Shown piece after piece: positions 47,285 through 60,485 of a stretch of 64,000 nucleotides of DNA (its first letter is position 1; each line of letters opens with the position of its first letter). The position numbers and the translations under genes were made by a program. Source of the DNA: Anthoceros angustus (Eukaryota > Plantae > Anthocerotophyta); the NCBI GenBank assembly GCA_010909165.1, contig VJWM01000235.1, positions 206,955-270,954 on the forward strand, in the 5' to 3' direction. Under the pieces are notes generated by a model. It did not search any database and was not told the origin of the DNA. It saw nothing but the letters and a program-made list of their open reading frames with translations.

Positions 47285-49830
47285 CACTCTGCGAGGCAAG
47301 GAGAAGGAGGGAGAGGAAGGGAGAGAGGTGGGGAGGAAGAGGAGGAGAGGAGGAAGGGGAGGCAAGGAGGAGGAGAGGAGAGAGAGGAGGAGGAGGAGGA
47401 GGAGGAGGAGGAGGAGGAGAGAGGAGGAGGAGGAGGAGGAGGAGGAGGAGGAGGAGGAGGAGGAGAGGAGGAGAGGAGAGAGGAGGAAGGGAGAGGCAAT
47501 GAGGAAAAGGGGAGAGGGATGAGGTAGAGGAGGAGGAGGAGGAGGAGGAGAGGGGAGGCGAGAGGGAAGGAGGAGGAGGGGAAAGCGAAAGGATGAGGGG
47601 AGATTATAAGGAGGAGGAGGAAGATGGAAAGAAGAGGAGCAAGAGGAGGGAGAGGGAAGGAAGAGGAGGGAGAGGAAAGAAGAGGAGGGTAGATGGAAAG
47701 GAGGAGGAGGGAGAGGAAAGAAGAGGCCCGCTCCATGCCGTGATTTCAAGTAAAGACCCGCTCCAAGCCGTGATTTCTAGTCTCAATTTTTCAATGCGTA
47801 ACCAGTGACATGACGAGGTGACGGATGGTGGCGCGATCACGTGTACACCACAGATCTTGTACTTCCACATCGTGATTTCCTCTCAAATTTTCAGTACGAA
47901 TTAGCTAGTGTCATTTGATGTTAGAGAAGGCGATAGGCAAGGAGGAAAAGGGGACGGGATCCGAGGTAAGGAGGAGGAGGAGGAGGAGGAGCAGGAGAGT
48001 CAAGGAGGAAAAGGGGAGAGGATCCGAGGTAGAGGAGGAGGAGGAGGTAGAGAGGCAAGGAGGAAAAGGGGAGAGGGAGGAGGTAGAGGAGGAGGAGGAG
48101 AGAGGAGGAGGAAAAGGGGAGAGGGATCCGAGGTAGAGGAGGAGGAGGAGAGAGGCAAGGAGGAAAAGGGGAGAGGATAGAGGTAGAGGAGGAGGAGGAG
48201 GAGGAGGAGGAGAGGCAAGGAGGAAGGAGGGAGGGGAGATAGAGGAGGAGGAGGAGGAGGAGGAGGAGGAGGAGGAGGAGAGGAGGAGAAAAGGGGAGAG
48301 GGATGGATAGAGGAGGAGGAGGAGGAGGAGAGGCAAGGAGGAAATGGGGAGAGGGAGGAGGAGGAGGAGGAGGAGGAGGAGGAGGAGGAGGAGGAGGAGG
48401 AGGAGAGGCAAGGAGGAAAAGGGGAGAGGGATCTGATAGAGGGAGGAGGAGGAGGAGGAGGAGAGGGAAGGAGGAAAAGGGGAGAGGAGAGGAGAGGGAG
48501 GAGGAGGAGGAGGAGGGAGGGGAGGAAGGAGGGGGGAGGAAGGAGGGGAGATGGAAGAAGGAGGAGGAAGGAGGGGAGGAAGGAGGGGAGATGGGAAGAA
48601 GGAGGAGGGAGAGGGAAGGAAGAGGAGGAGGCCTGCTCCATGCTGTGATTTCAAGTAGAGACCCAATCAAGCCGTGATTTCTAGTCTCAATTTTTCACCG
48701 ATGCGTAGGTGACATGACGAGGTGACGGATGGTGGCGGGATCACGTGTACACCGCAGATCTTGTACTTCCAATCTGATTTCCTCTCAAATTTTCAGCTAT
48801 GTAACTAGCTAGTGTCATTTGATGTTAGAGAAGGCGATAGGCAAGGAGGAAAAGGGGGACGGGGATCTGAGGTAGATAAGGAGGAGGAGGAGGAGGAGGA
48901 GAGTCAAGGAGGAAAAGGGGGAGAGGGATCTGAGGTAGAGGAGGAGGAGGTAGAGAGGCAAGGAGGAAAAGGGGGAGAGGGATCTGAGGTAGAGGAGGAG
49001 GAGGTAGAGAGGCAAGGAGGAAAAGGGGGAGAGGGATCTGAGGTAGAGGAGGAGGAGGTAGAGAGGCAAGGAGGAAAAGGGGAGAGGGGAGGGAGGTAGG
49101 GAGGAGGAGGAGGAGGAGGAGGAGAGGCAAGGAGGAGGAGAGGGGAGGATATAGAGGAGGAGGAGGAGGAGGAGGAGGAGGAGGAGGAGGAGGAGGCAAG
49201 GAGGAAAAGGGGGGGGAGAGGAGGAGGAGGAGGAGGAGGAGGAGGAGGAGGAGAGGCAAGGAGGAAATGGGGAGAGGGATCGGGAGAGGAGGAGGAGGAG
49301 GAGGAGGAGGAGGAGGAGGAGGAGGAGAGGCAAGGAGGAAAAGGGGAGAGGGATCCGATATAGAGGAGGAGGAGGAGGAGGAGGAGAGGAAGGAGGAGGG
49401 AGAGGGAAGAGGAGGAGGGGAGGAGGAGGAGGAGGAAGGAGGGGAGGAAGGAGGGGAGGAAGGAGGGGAGATGGGAAGAAGGAGGAGGAGGAAGGAGGGG
49501 AGGAAGGAGGGGAGATGGGAAGAAGGAGGAGGGAGAGGAAAAGGAAGAGGAGGAGGCCCGTTCCATGTGTGATTTCAAGTAGAGACCCAATCCATGTGAT
49601 TTCCAGAGAGACCCATTCCATGCTATGATTTCGCCTCAATTTTTCGCTTGATGCGTAACCACCGTGACATGATGTTGGTGAAGGGATGGTGTATGGATCA
49701 CGTACACCGCAAGGATCTTGTACTTGTAGAGCATTGCAAGGTCGTGCCAAGACCATTCCAATACCGTGATTTCCTCTCAAATTTTCAGTCATGCGTAACT
49801 AGCTAGTGCGATTTGATGTTAGAGAAGGCG
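47285..49830. repeat. Three ~0.65-1 kb higher-order units, each a GGA/GAG low-complexity block plus a conserved ~200 bp spacer
   Basis: Spacer GTGATTTCAAGTA.AGACCC...CTAGCTAGTG..ATTTGATGTTAGAGAAGGCGATAG recurs at ~47725-47935, ~48620-48840 and ~49555-49832. Confidence 0.9.
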
Positions 49831-52035
49831 ATAGTAGCATGGGGGTGTCTCGTGTACATGTACAATCGCAAGTAGTTGCAAGGTCGTGCCAAGACCCATT
49901 CCATGTCGTTATTTCTATCTCAAATTTTCAGCCGATGCGAACACTATGATGTGAAGTTAGGGAAGGCGATGGAAGAAGGAGGAGGATAGGAGGAGCAACC
50001 AACAGCAGCCATGGTCGAGGCAAGGGCAAAAGGCGAGAACGGACATGAGGCAGTTGTCTAGGGGAGAGAGAAGGAGGAGGACTTGAGCCAAACAACCGCC
50101 GCAAGATAGCAAACATGGGTCCGCGTAGCACAAACTCAGAGGCACAAAAGGCAATCGAGTGCTCAAGGACAAACTAGTAAACGATCGTGGACGGTGTACA
50201 AAGTATGTACGTTATCCGTGTGACGATATGCTTATTTTATATAAAATAGAATATGACCATATATCACGTGAAATTACCATATAGTATATGTTACCATGAA
50301 CAATACGTGTTTTACAAAGAATGTATTCATACATGTATTTTTATATATGTGTATTCACGAGTATTGGGAACTACTAAGTAAAACTAGGTATTCCATAGGG
50401 TAATAGTAGTAAAAGAGGAAGGTAGATGGGGAGGAGGTTCGGTACCAAGCCCGCAAAATCAACAAGAGACGATGTAACACTTTGGTTGTTGCAATTATGT
50501 TGAAATTTTGAGAGGGACACAAACCACCTCTCACTACATTGCAACATAATTGTAACAAGATCTATATGACTGAATAAGGTGGAGGGTTGGTTTCCAAACC
50601 TAATCGTAATAATAAGGGTCTCATGGGACGAAACCTATTGTACTTAAGACAAGGGGATAAGTGCCATTAGAGGGTGATAAGCCCCGGTTTTCTCCCAGCT
50701 TGGGACCCCTTCGCCTCATGACAAGGCCTACGGTGGGAATTAGTCCCACCACGTAGGGAAGTAGTCACTTGGAGCACCTCCTACCACGGTAGGAGGAAAG
50801 GAAGTCACGGGTTTGGAAGCTCCCAAGGGAGATAAGAAGGCAACCGGCCCTGCTAGGGTGGGCGAGCGATGGAGTCACGGTGGGAGGAGTTGCCCACCAA
50901 GTGATGAGCGGGAGCTCATCATAGGGAAGCAAGGGATGTAAGATCCCATGAGCAAGGCAAAAGGCCTTGAGTCTCCGGAGGTAAGAAAGGAGACTTAGAC
51001 ATGTTGGAGGAGATGCTAGGGGAGATGTTCAAGAAGGTAGATAGGAGCCGCCAAGAGGAGAGTTGAATTCTGAAGACGAGGCGGAGAAGACAAGGACCTA
51101 CCAAGCAAGGGAAATTGCGGTAGGCGAGCGAAACCCGGAGGATGTTATGAGGATGGAAGCTCAAGTGGAGCACTTGGAAAAGAGTCTTGAACAGAGGCAA
51201 ACAACTCATATTCGGAGAACAAGGCTCTTACCAAGCAATTGGCAGAGAGGAGAAGGTGGAGCAACTTGCTCACATGCACATGGGAAAAGAAGGGAAGACA
51301 AGCAAGTGCTGCTAATGGAGGAAAGGTCAAGACGAGAGCAATCGAAAGAAATGAGACAAAGGCAAGTAGGCGACATGAGCGGCCACACAGCCAGCCGTGA
51401 AGATTAGTGACATGGAAAAGGAGCTGGGAGAAACACTGGAATTGAAGGAAGAAGAGCTGGAAGAACGGACACATTTTGTCCAAAGATTGGAAATGGAACG
51501 AGAAGTCCAAAGAGGAGAATGCACAACTCCCTAGGAGGATAGGGGAGTTGGAGGAAGAAATGGCAAAGGAGAAAGTCATGAGGCGGTAAAGATATGTTGG
51601 CGGAGGGAGATTTCCGATTATGCCCTACAAGAGAGATTGATCCGCCAACCGCAAATGAGAGGACGGAGATGTGGCTCCATGTCAAGACCGTGAGCTGGCC
51701 TTGAGCGAGATGCTTACAAAAGCAAGTGTGAGCATGGAGTATGGCTTGAGGATTACAAAGAATTGGAGATGGCACAACAACGATTTGCAGCCCATCTTCA
51801 CAACAAGGTGCTCAAGGCCACTAACCAAGTTGTTGCGACTTGTCAAAGGAGAATGTTGGGACCTCATGATGATAGGGAGGCCCTCATGCAAGTCCAACCG
51901 AAGCCTTAGACTTGGAGAGTGTCCCAAGCAACAGGGTGAAGAAACTGCACTGTGAGAAGCAAGGGAGAAGCCGCATGTGGAGAGAATCACCTGTGAAGGG
52001 GTAAGGAAGAAGAAACGATCACATGTTGGTCCGTT

Positions 52036-55000
52036 GAGAACTCGCAAGGAAGAGGGGTTGATCTTGAATGGAGCAAGAATCACAAGGAGAAGACCAACCT
52101 CCCAACATGGGTGCAGAGAAGGAGCTCACTTGCTCCACAAGTGAGAGGAAGAGGAGAAGTCGAGGATGAGCCAAGGGCTAAGAGAGCCCGGCTATTTTAT
52201 TGGAGGAAGGAACTCAAGATAGGCATCAAGATAAGGAAGGGATTCATAAGAAGTCCTTAAATTAGCTTGAAGACATGGGGCAAGATGCCACTTGGGAAGA
52301 CTTTTCTTTAGAGGAGGACAGCATTAATGCTTGGCCCCCAAGAGAGTGTGTTGACTAGCTAGAATGTTGATGTGAGCCATTAAGGCTCACATAGGTGAAT
52401 TTGCTAGAATAGAATTTTACCCAAGATGCTTGGATGTCGAACTTAAAGTACAATAGGATACACTAAAATAAGGAGTGCTGGAGGGCCTGTGGGAGGTCAG
52501 ATGTGAGGACCTCCCTATAAAAGGAGGGAGTGAAGTAAAATTATTGTCTTGCGCCCCATCCTCCCCGAGTCCTTCACTTTGTGTGTGAATTTCGTGCCCG
52601 CAAGCCAACGCAGGTCCGTAGAGAGGAGAACGCGCGTCGAGTGCCGGGTGGAGGGCTTGCTCTTTGCAGCGCCCGCTAGCCTCCCTTGTGAATGGTTGTG
52701 GTGAATTGTTTTGCTTTGAGTGTGTGGCGATGCTCAAGGAACTCTCGGCTTGAGGGTAGACTCAGGAAAGACTGGAGGTTCTCGTCTGCAAACCACATAG
52801 CAACCGCCCAAGGAAGAACTCGCAATTTCCTGGACGACCCTGTGCAACAGCCAAGGGCGAGTTGGAATTAATGAGCCAGAATTGGTGTTAGAGTAGGAGA
52901 TTGTGGAGGAAGGAAGGTAGATGAGTAGAGAAGAAGAGGGCGTTGTTGATTGAGAGAGTTGTGAGGAGGATTAGAGTGTAGGAAAACTAAGGCCACAGCA
53001 GAGCCTAAGGGACGAATCCCAACTGCAAGCAAGAGGGCGCCCCGTGGAGAAGAGTGTCTTAGGAGTAGGGACGGTTGCGTGGGTCAGGGGTCCTGGCGCC
53101 CGTGATAGACACCTTGCTAAGACGAACGCAATTGTGTGGTGTCGTAGGTTGAGGGTGAGTTTACGGCGACGGCGGCGAGCTGCTGTAGAGGGAGCGTGAG
53201 AGGGCGCCTTGCTTGTTTAGAAGGCTGAGGTAGTGTGTAGCTGCAGTAGTGAGCTCAAGATCCGACTCCCAAGTCTCATGGGACGAAACCCAACGACGAA
53301 ACGACAAAGGGATAAGTGTGGCCGCTAGAGGGGAATCTCGGAGTGCCCCGGGTTTCCTCCCACATTTTGGCGCTGCTGCCGGGACTTGCTGCTTTGAAAT
53401 TTTGAGAGGGACACAAACCACCTCTCACTACATTGCAACATAATTGTAACAAGATCATATGACGTAACAGGTGGAGGGTTGGTTTCCAAACCTAATCGTA
53501 ATAAGGGGTCCCAAAAGTGTAACAAGACCCCAAGATTTTAAATATAATTGCAAAGGGGGTCCAAATCTTAACATAAAGTGTAACATGACCCGCCATTTTC
53601 TAGTAGGGTTTCCGAGGTACATCTTCCGCTCGCAAGAGGAGGACTTTTCAAGGTGGATTGTCGAGCCTTTTCTAGCTCGATTTTGTCGTCATAGAGAGGG
53701 TGAGAGGGGAGAAGTTGGGACAGATCTAATGGCCGAGCCGCAAGGTCTTGATCGACCATCGCCCATCTTGCTGCCCTTTCAACCTTGCTTGTTAAGAGGA
53801 TGAGGCGCTGTGTGCCCAAGTCTGTATAGTACATCCCGCTTGCTGCAAAGATTTGTTTACCGCCAAGACAGGTGGAATTGCTGGGAGGTGTGCCAGCTTT
53901 GTGGACGCCTCAACCATGAGTGGAGGAAGTGGTGGTGGAAGTCACCACCCCACAGCCGCCGCAATATGAGATTTGGGGAGAAGAAACGGATCACACGCTG
54001 TTGGCTGAGAACTCACAAGGAAGAGGGGTTGATCTTGAATGGAGCAAGAATCACAAGGAGAAGACCAACCTCCCAACATGGGTGCAGAGAAGGAGCTCAC
54101 TTGCTCCACAAGTGAGAGGAAGAGGAGAAGTCGAGGATGAGCCAAGGGCTAAGAGAGCCCGGCTATTTTATTGGAGGAAGGAACTCAAGATAGGCATCAA
54201 GATAAGGAAGGGATTCATAAGAAGTCCTTAAATTAGCTTGAAGACATGGGGCAAGATGCCACTTGGGAAGACTTTTCTTTAGAGGAGGACAGCATTAATG
54301 CTTGGCCCCCAAGAGAGTGTGTTGACTAGCTAGAATGTTGATGTGAGCCATTAAGGCTCACATAGGTGAATTTGCTAGAATAGAATTTTACCCAAGATGC
54401 TTGGATGTCGAACTTAAAGTACAATAGGATACACTAAAATAAGGAGTGCTGGAGGGCCTGTGGGAGGTCAGATGTGAGGACCTCCCTATAAAAGGAGGGA
54501 GTGAAGTAAAATTATTGTCTTGCGCCCCATCCTCCCCGAGTCCTTCACTTTGTGTGTGAATTTCGTGCCCGCAAGCCAACGCAGGTCCGTAGAGAGGAGA
54601 ACGCGCGTCGAGTGCCGGGTGGAGGGCTTGCTCTTTGCAGCGCCCGCTAGCCTCCCTTGTGAATGGTTGTGGTGAATTGTTTTGCTTTGAGTGTGTGGCG
54701 ATGCTCAAGGAACTCTCGGCTTGAGGGTAGACTCAGGAAAGACTGGAGGTTCTCGTCTGCAAACCACATAGCAACCGCCCAAGGAAGAACTCGCAATTTC
54801 CTGGACGACCCTGTGCAACAGCCAAGGGCGAGTTGGAATTAATGAGCCAGAATTGGTGTTAGAGTAGGAGATTGTGGAGGAAGGAAGGGTAGATGAGTAG
54901 AGAAGAAGAGGGCGTTGTTGATTGAGAGAGTTGTGAGGAGGATTAGAGTGTAGGAAAACTAAGGCCACAGCAGAGCCTAAGGGACGAATCCCAACTGCAA

Positions 55001-56980
55001 GCAAGAGGGCGCCCCGTGGAGAAGAGTGTCTTAGGAGTAGGGACGGTTGCGTGGGTCAGGGGTCCTGGCGCCCGTGATAGACACCTTGCTAAGACGAACG
55101 CAATTGTGTGGTGTCGTAGGTTGAGGGTGAGTTTACGGCGACGGCGGCGAGCTGCTGTAGAGGGAGCGTGAGAGGGCGCCTTGCTTGTTTAGAAGGCTGA
55201 GGTAGTGTGTAGCTGCAGTAGTGAGCTCAAGATCCGACTCCCAAGTCTCATGGGACGAAACCCAACGACGAAACGACAAAGGGATAAGTGTGGCCGCTAG
55301 AGGGGAATCTCGGAGTGCCCCGGGTTTCCTCCCACATTTTGGCGCTGCTGCCGGGACTTGCTGCTTTGAAATTTTGAGATTTTTGTTGCTATGATGAGCT
55401 GAGAGGATCTTGTAAGGAGGTGGAGCGGGGTCTAGGAAGAGCCTACACGTCCTGGAACCTGTGCGTTGTGAAGGAGGAGCTCCACGCCTCGAATGGTGTG
55501 ATTTTGTGTTCCCGCAGCAAGAATGGCGCGGGCGGTTGGCTGATTTTTCTTTAACAACCGTGTTTTGGAGGCTATGAGGATGCTTGCATGTCTAGCAGAG
55601 GAGGGGAGAGGAGAAACCAGGAGGTCACCCCACCACATCGCAAGAGATCTAAGAGCTGCAAGAAGAAATCAATGGAGGGAGGAAAACGCAGCTGGGTTGC
55701 ACGCGGCCCAGGAGGAGGAAGAGCTAAGGGCGCTTGAGGAGGAGGCGTTTTGCCCTTGCCTACAAGGGGAGCCAAGTGATCCAAAAACGCTCGAGAAGGG
55801 ACGCCAAATCACCGACAAAGAAAACAAAGGAGGTGGTTGAAGAAGAGTTGGTATGTGAAGAGGAAAGCGAGGAGGAAGCACCTTCGAGCACGATTCAAGT
55901 TCAGCTACCAGCACGGGGCCTTCTCAACGCTGGACCTTCGTGAGTGGTGGATCTAGCTCAACTCCGAAAATGAAAGTGAAGAAGGTGGGTGGTGGGGGGA
56001 ATTTCGTGCGTGGTCAAGATCTTGCGGAGCGCTTGATAGAATCACCGCTCAGCTCCATCTTGGGACGACACCTAGGGGAGACACCATCCCACAACACCCC
56101 AATCTTTTGTGCAGACACCTTCTCGCAGAGAACTTGGTTGGAGAATTTACTGCAGGAGAGGAAGGGAGTGTGAGTTCGCCTAGCTATCCGGACCAAGCAA
56201 CATGAGTGGAACAGAGTAGGAGGGGATTTGCTGTTTGGATAGTTGTGTGTTGAGGGGTGTGAGCGTGCTTGGAAGTCTAGTCTGGGAGGGAGGAATTTTG
56301 TAGGAGTTGAGAGGAGATCACCCCACCTTTGTCTGCAAGGGATTTGTGAACTGAATGGAGAAATCATGTGTGAAGAAAGCTTGATGTGCAAAGGAAGAAG
56401 CGGAGGAGAGAGCTCTTGGGAGGAAGCTACATGTGCTAACATCTTCAAGGGTTCTTGAGGAAGAAGTTGTCTAAGAGCAAGAGGAGGTTGTGCTCACGGA
56501 CAGAGAGGAAGGAGGTTGTTGCCGAGGAGTTGCGATCAAGGGTGAGGGTCAAGAACTGAGCCGTTAATAATTTCAAGGTACATCTTCCGCTTGCAAGAGG
56601 AGGATAGGATTGTTGAGCTCTCTCGAGTTGGTCGTCGAAGAGGAGGAAGGCAAGAGGGTGAGAGGGGAGAAGTTGGGACAGATCTAATGGCCGAGCCGCA
56701 AGGTCTTGATCGACCATCGCCCATCTTGCTGCCCTTTCAACCTTGCTTGTTAAGAGGATGAGGCGCTGTGTGCCCAAGTCTGTATAGTACATCCCGCTTG
56801 CAGCAGATTTGTTTACCCGCCAAGACATGGTGGAATTGCTGGGAGGTGTGCCAGCTTTGTGGACGCCTCAACCATGAGTGGAGGAAGTGGTGGTGGAAGT
56901 CACCACCCCACAGCCGCCGCAATATGAGATTTGGGGAGAAGAAACGGATCACACGCTGTTGGCTGAGAACTCACAAGGAA
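52036..56980 (+). mobile_element. LTR retrotransposon derivative, tandem units 2 and 3 (1971 bp period)
   Basis: 52036-53405 is near-identical to 54005-55375. LTR-like blocks start at 52328 and 54299 and PBS-like sites at 52883 and 54854. 53560-54000 recurs at 56570-56980. Confidence 0.8.
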
Positions 56981-57199
56981 GAGGAGGGAGTCTTTGTATG
57001 ATTATGTAGAGGGATTTATGGTTACTTCAAGAGAGTACCACCACGTCCGTAAGGAGTGACCTTTTGATAAAAGTTCGAGAAGTTCGAGGAATGTATGATG
57101 CTATAGAAGACGAGAGCTAGAGTCCGTGGGTAGCAAGGATTTCTAAGTACCTAGGTGTAGAGGAGATGGTAGAGTTTAAGAAGGTGCAGGAAGAGCATG

Positions 57200-58820
57200 A
57201 GAATGCGTGTTTCATTTTCACCGAAAGGAGCGACTTGAGGCCTGTGATGACCGATTGACGAGGAGTTGGTTACGGCCTGGGTTGAAGGGGAGGACGTGAG
57301 CATGTTGTAGACGGCCTAAGGATTGATCAGCAAGACTTGTTGCCAGCAGAGGCCAAATGAGCAAGAAGGGAGCGAGCAGGAAAGTGCAGCAGGACAACTG
57401 GAACCGAGGGGGATAAAAGGGCGCCAGTGGGCGCGAGGAGGAGGCTGGAATGCTCAAGGGTGAGCAGTGAGGGCTGCAAGTGGAGGCCATCACGATGGCA
57501 AAGAAAGAAGCAAAACGACATGAGAGCACGCTTTTGAGCGAGAAGGCGCCCACTTGGCGAGGTCAAGCGTGCGCCATGAGGCCGCGAGGAGGAGAAGGCC
57601 CTAGGGAGGTGGACACGCCAGAGGGCGAAGGAGGAGATGCGCTTCATGAAAAGTTTGAGCGTAACCGCAGAAGGGAGAGTTGGCGATCCGTGGGCAATCA
57701 CCAAAATTCACCATGGAAGTGCAGAAGGCGAGGAGGTCGCCATGGGAGCGCGATCTAGACCTGGACATGAGGCTAGGCCAACAAGAAGGGAGGAAATCGA
57801 ACTTGGTTTGAAGGGAGCTAAAGACCGGTGAAAACTTGCGATTGGCACAGGAGGAAACGGTTTTGTGAATGAGGTTGAGCATGTCGCCGTGGCAACGACG
57901 CCTGGTCTGCTGGTAAGCGAAGCTTGTGGAGGCCACCACGGGTGGAAGGATGATGGAGAAATTGCAAGAAATCACAATTTGGAGGAAGGAGAAGTGGCAC
58001 ACAAAATGGTGTGCCGAGGAGTGGTGCGCTAGAGCCCAGGAGCGAGGATGGCTCTATGGTGATGTGTATGAAGGAGGATTGTGGAGAAATCACACCTCAA
58101 GATATGCTTGCAGGGGAATTGCAAGAAGGAGCGTCGACCAATTCACGGTCGATTGCGGAAATTGCTGCCAGAAACTGCAGCAACGTAAGGAGATCGCTGC
58201 TAGAGCGCGATCTAGGGCTAGACATGAGTCTAGAAGGTCGGGAGATGGTGTATGATGATGCAGTCCACGACCAGGCACTGATGCCCGCAGATCGACGCAA
58301 GGTGGAGAAGCTAGTTTTGTGAGCCGAGTTGAAGGCGGGTTGTGGCCAAGCACCAACATCCACCGTGAACAAGCTAGATGGAAACAAGCAAGGCGTGGCC
58401 TAGAGGTCAAGAGCAAGTCTTGATGCCTAGGAAAGCCAAGGATCCGTGAAGGGAGTTTTGTGTGAGATGCAACCTAATGAATTGGGGATTCTGAGCAAGG
58501 AGAAAGGGTGAGCAAGAGGGCTGCAAGTGGAGGCCACGGTTGGCAAAGGGAGAAGAGAAAACGGAGAAATCATGGAGGGACTCCCACACATGGCGTGTGT
58601 GGGAAGCGATGATGGAGCCTGAGTAGGGACGGCTCGAGGATGGTGTGCATGGAAAGGAGCGTGAAGAAACGATCCAAGGGAGCTTGGGAAAACCGCAGAA
58701 AAGGAATTGGCGAATTCATGGGCCAAGGAAGCCACTTTGTGGAGGTGGCATGTCGAGAGTATTGTCGAGGAGCGCGAGCCAGCTCGGGCCAGAGCCTAAG
58801 GTTATCATGGCGGTGACCAT
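57200..58820 (+). pseudogene. Very degenerate Ty3/gypsy RNase H/integrase-like remnant, partly duplicated
   Basis: Traces WEAITM (~PWESITMD), IMEGLPH and WRIHGP (~WRLHG.P). The GGGCTGCAAGTGGAGGCCA segment occurs at ~57471 and ~58519. Confidence 0.45.
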
Positions 58821-58824
58821 CTGC

Positions 58825-59330
58825 CACTACTAGGAAAAGTATACTTTTACTAATTGAAGTTTTACAGGGGTGCATTTTACCACGGCCGCCCTATTTTTAC
58901 TAATACGTCAATTAAAGGCACCGTTTCAAGTCCATGTATTATTTTCATGTATAGCCCAGAATTTACTAGGGCTCATTCCAATTTTACTATAGGGCTTTTT
59001 TTGCCAAAGGCGCAAAAGCTTACGTGGCAAATCAAAAAGGACTTTACTACGGGGCACTTGTTACTTACAACAGACCTTATAGATGTTACAATGATGGCAT
59101 GTTCGTTTACTACGAGCCTACAAGTTACTACAGGACTTTCTCGATTACAACGGGTTCTTTTACAACAAGCCAATGGTATTCTACAACATCCAATATTTTG
59201 CTACACTCAGTAGGGTTTACAACAAGACCCTTTACGACGAGACCGGGTCGCTTTACAACGATTAATTTAGAATGGGTTTTGATGATAAACCACATCTTAT
59301 TACCCAAAAAGCAAAACATTAGAGGTAACT
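58825..59330 (+). mobile_element. CACTA-type DNA transposon end with subterminal repeats
   Basis: CACTACTAGGAAAA at 58825, followed by dense TTTAC(T/A)A and TTACAAC motifs. It interrupts the retroelement remnant. Confidence 0.72.
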
Positions 59331-60394
59331 CAAGGTACATCGCTTAAGGCTTGGGCTAGGCCGAATCAGAAACGAGAACAAAAGGGGCCTGCGACAGCGG
59401 GACCGCTGAAAATCCTCCCACGGATCATCTCCACATCGCTGGGCGCCTCAGAGAAGACTTCTAAAAGTGTCACAGGGCAATCCAGCCAAGGAAGCCACAA
59501 CCTAGGTCTGGGTGCGCTGATGTGAGCCCGAGAGGGCGTAATTTCCAAGAAGTATCGCCCATCCATCCACCCGCCTCTTGAAATCCAAGGCCTCCAGTAG
59601 ATTGGGGCGCCTGCCGGCCTCGCATCCTCCTCCGATGTGTGGGTCGCGTGAGGAAGCCTCCGACCGCCCAGCTCGCCTCCCATGTTCGGCGATAAATTTC
59701 AGCACTACCGCCAGCCCATCCGGACCGTCGCTTCTCCGTGACATTGGGAAGGCTAAGCGATGAGGAGCAAGAAAGGCCAACTGGCGTAGGTCACGAGCGA
59801 AATCTCGCGGCACGAGGCAAGGAAGCCGGCATGCTTCATGCAACTGGAGGATGACAGAAGGCTCGGATTCGGCTTCGGAGAAGACCAAATGATGCAAACT
59901 CAAGCCGAAGTCGAAAAGCAAGCAAGCTGGTGCCTCCATTTATGCCCATCCGCACTAATAGATTCGCCACGCCGGAGAAACTAAGTGTTTAGGGTGACAT
60001 CCGTTACAGATGAAAAGCCCGCCTTATGACAAGCGGTGACCGAGGGAGAATGGTGCGAAATCGAGTGGTCAACAAGATTCGCTTCCCCAAGGACCAAACC
60101 TCGTTACATATGTTGGCCATGGAGGCATATATAGCCCAAGGAAACTCGAGTCTCCTTGGCCTTCGGGTTAGGTTTAGGTACACCAACCCATGAGAAACAT
60201 GAGTTAGGGTTTTACACCCAAGCCCAAGGAAAACTTGAGTTAGGATTTGGTTAAAGTATCCTCGGCCTTCGAGAATCACCGGAAACTCCCGCTTGCCAAA
60301 TAATATGGCCTTTTTATGGCCTCCGCTCAGACCAATGGCTAAATGCCACGTGCACCCGCATGCAAACAGGCGTTACATTGCCACATTGCCGCAC

Positions 60395-60485
60395 TTGGAT
60401 CTGAGTGATCAAACTGATCGGCGTGCCCGAGCATGGATCTGATCGGCGTGCCCGAACTTGGATCTGATCGGCGTGCCTGAACTTG
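60395..60485. repeat. ~25 bp tandem repeat, 3 units
   Basis: (T)GGATCTGATCGGCGTGCC(C/T)GAAC units. Confidence 0.85.

Noticed and set aside
47260-49792. Extensin/proline-rich or acidic protein ORFs
   Set aside because: All frames are open only because of GGA low complexity. There is no SPPPP-Y periodicity or signal peptide.
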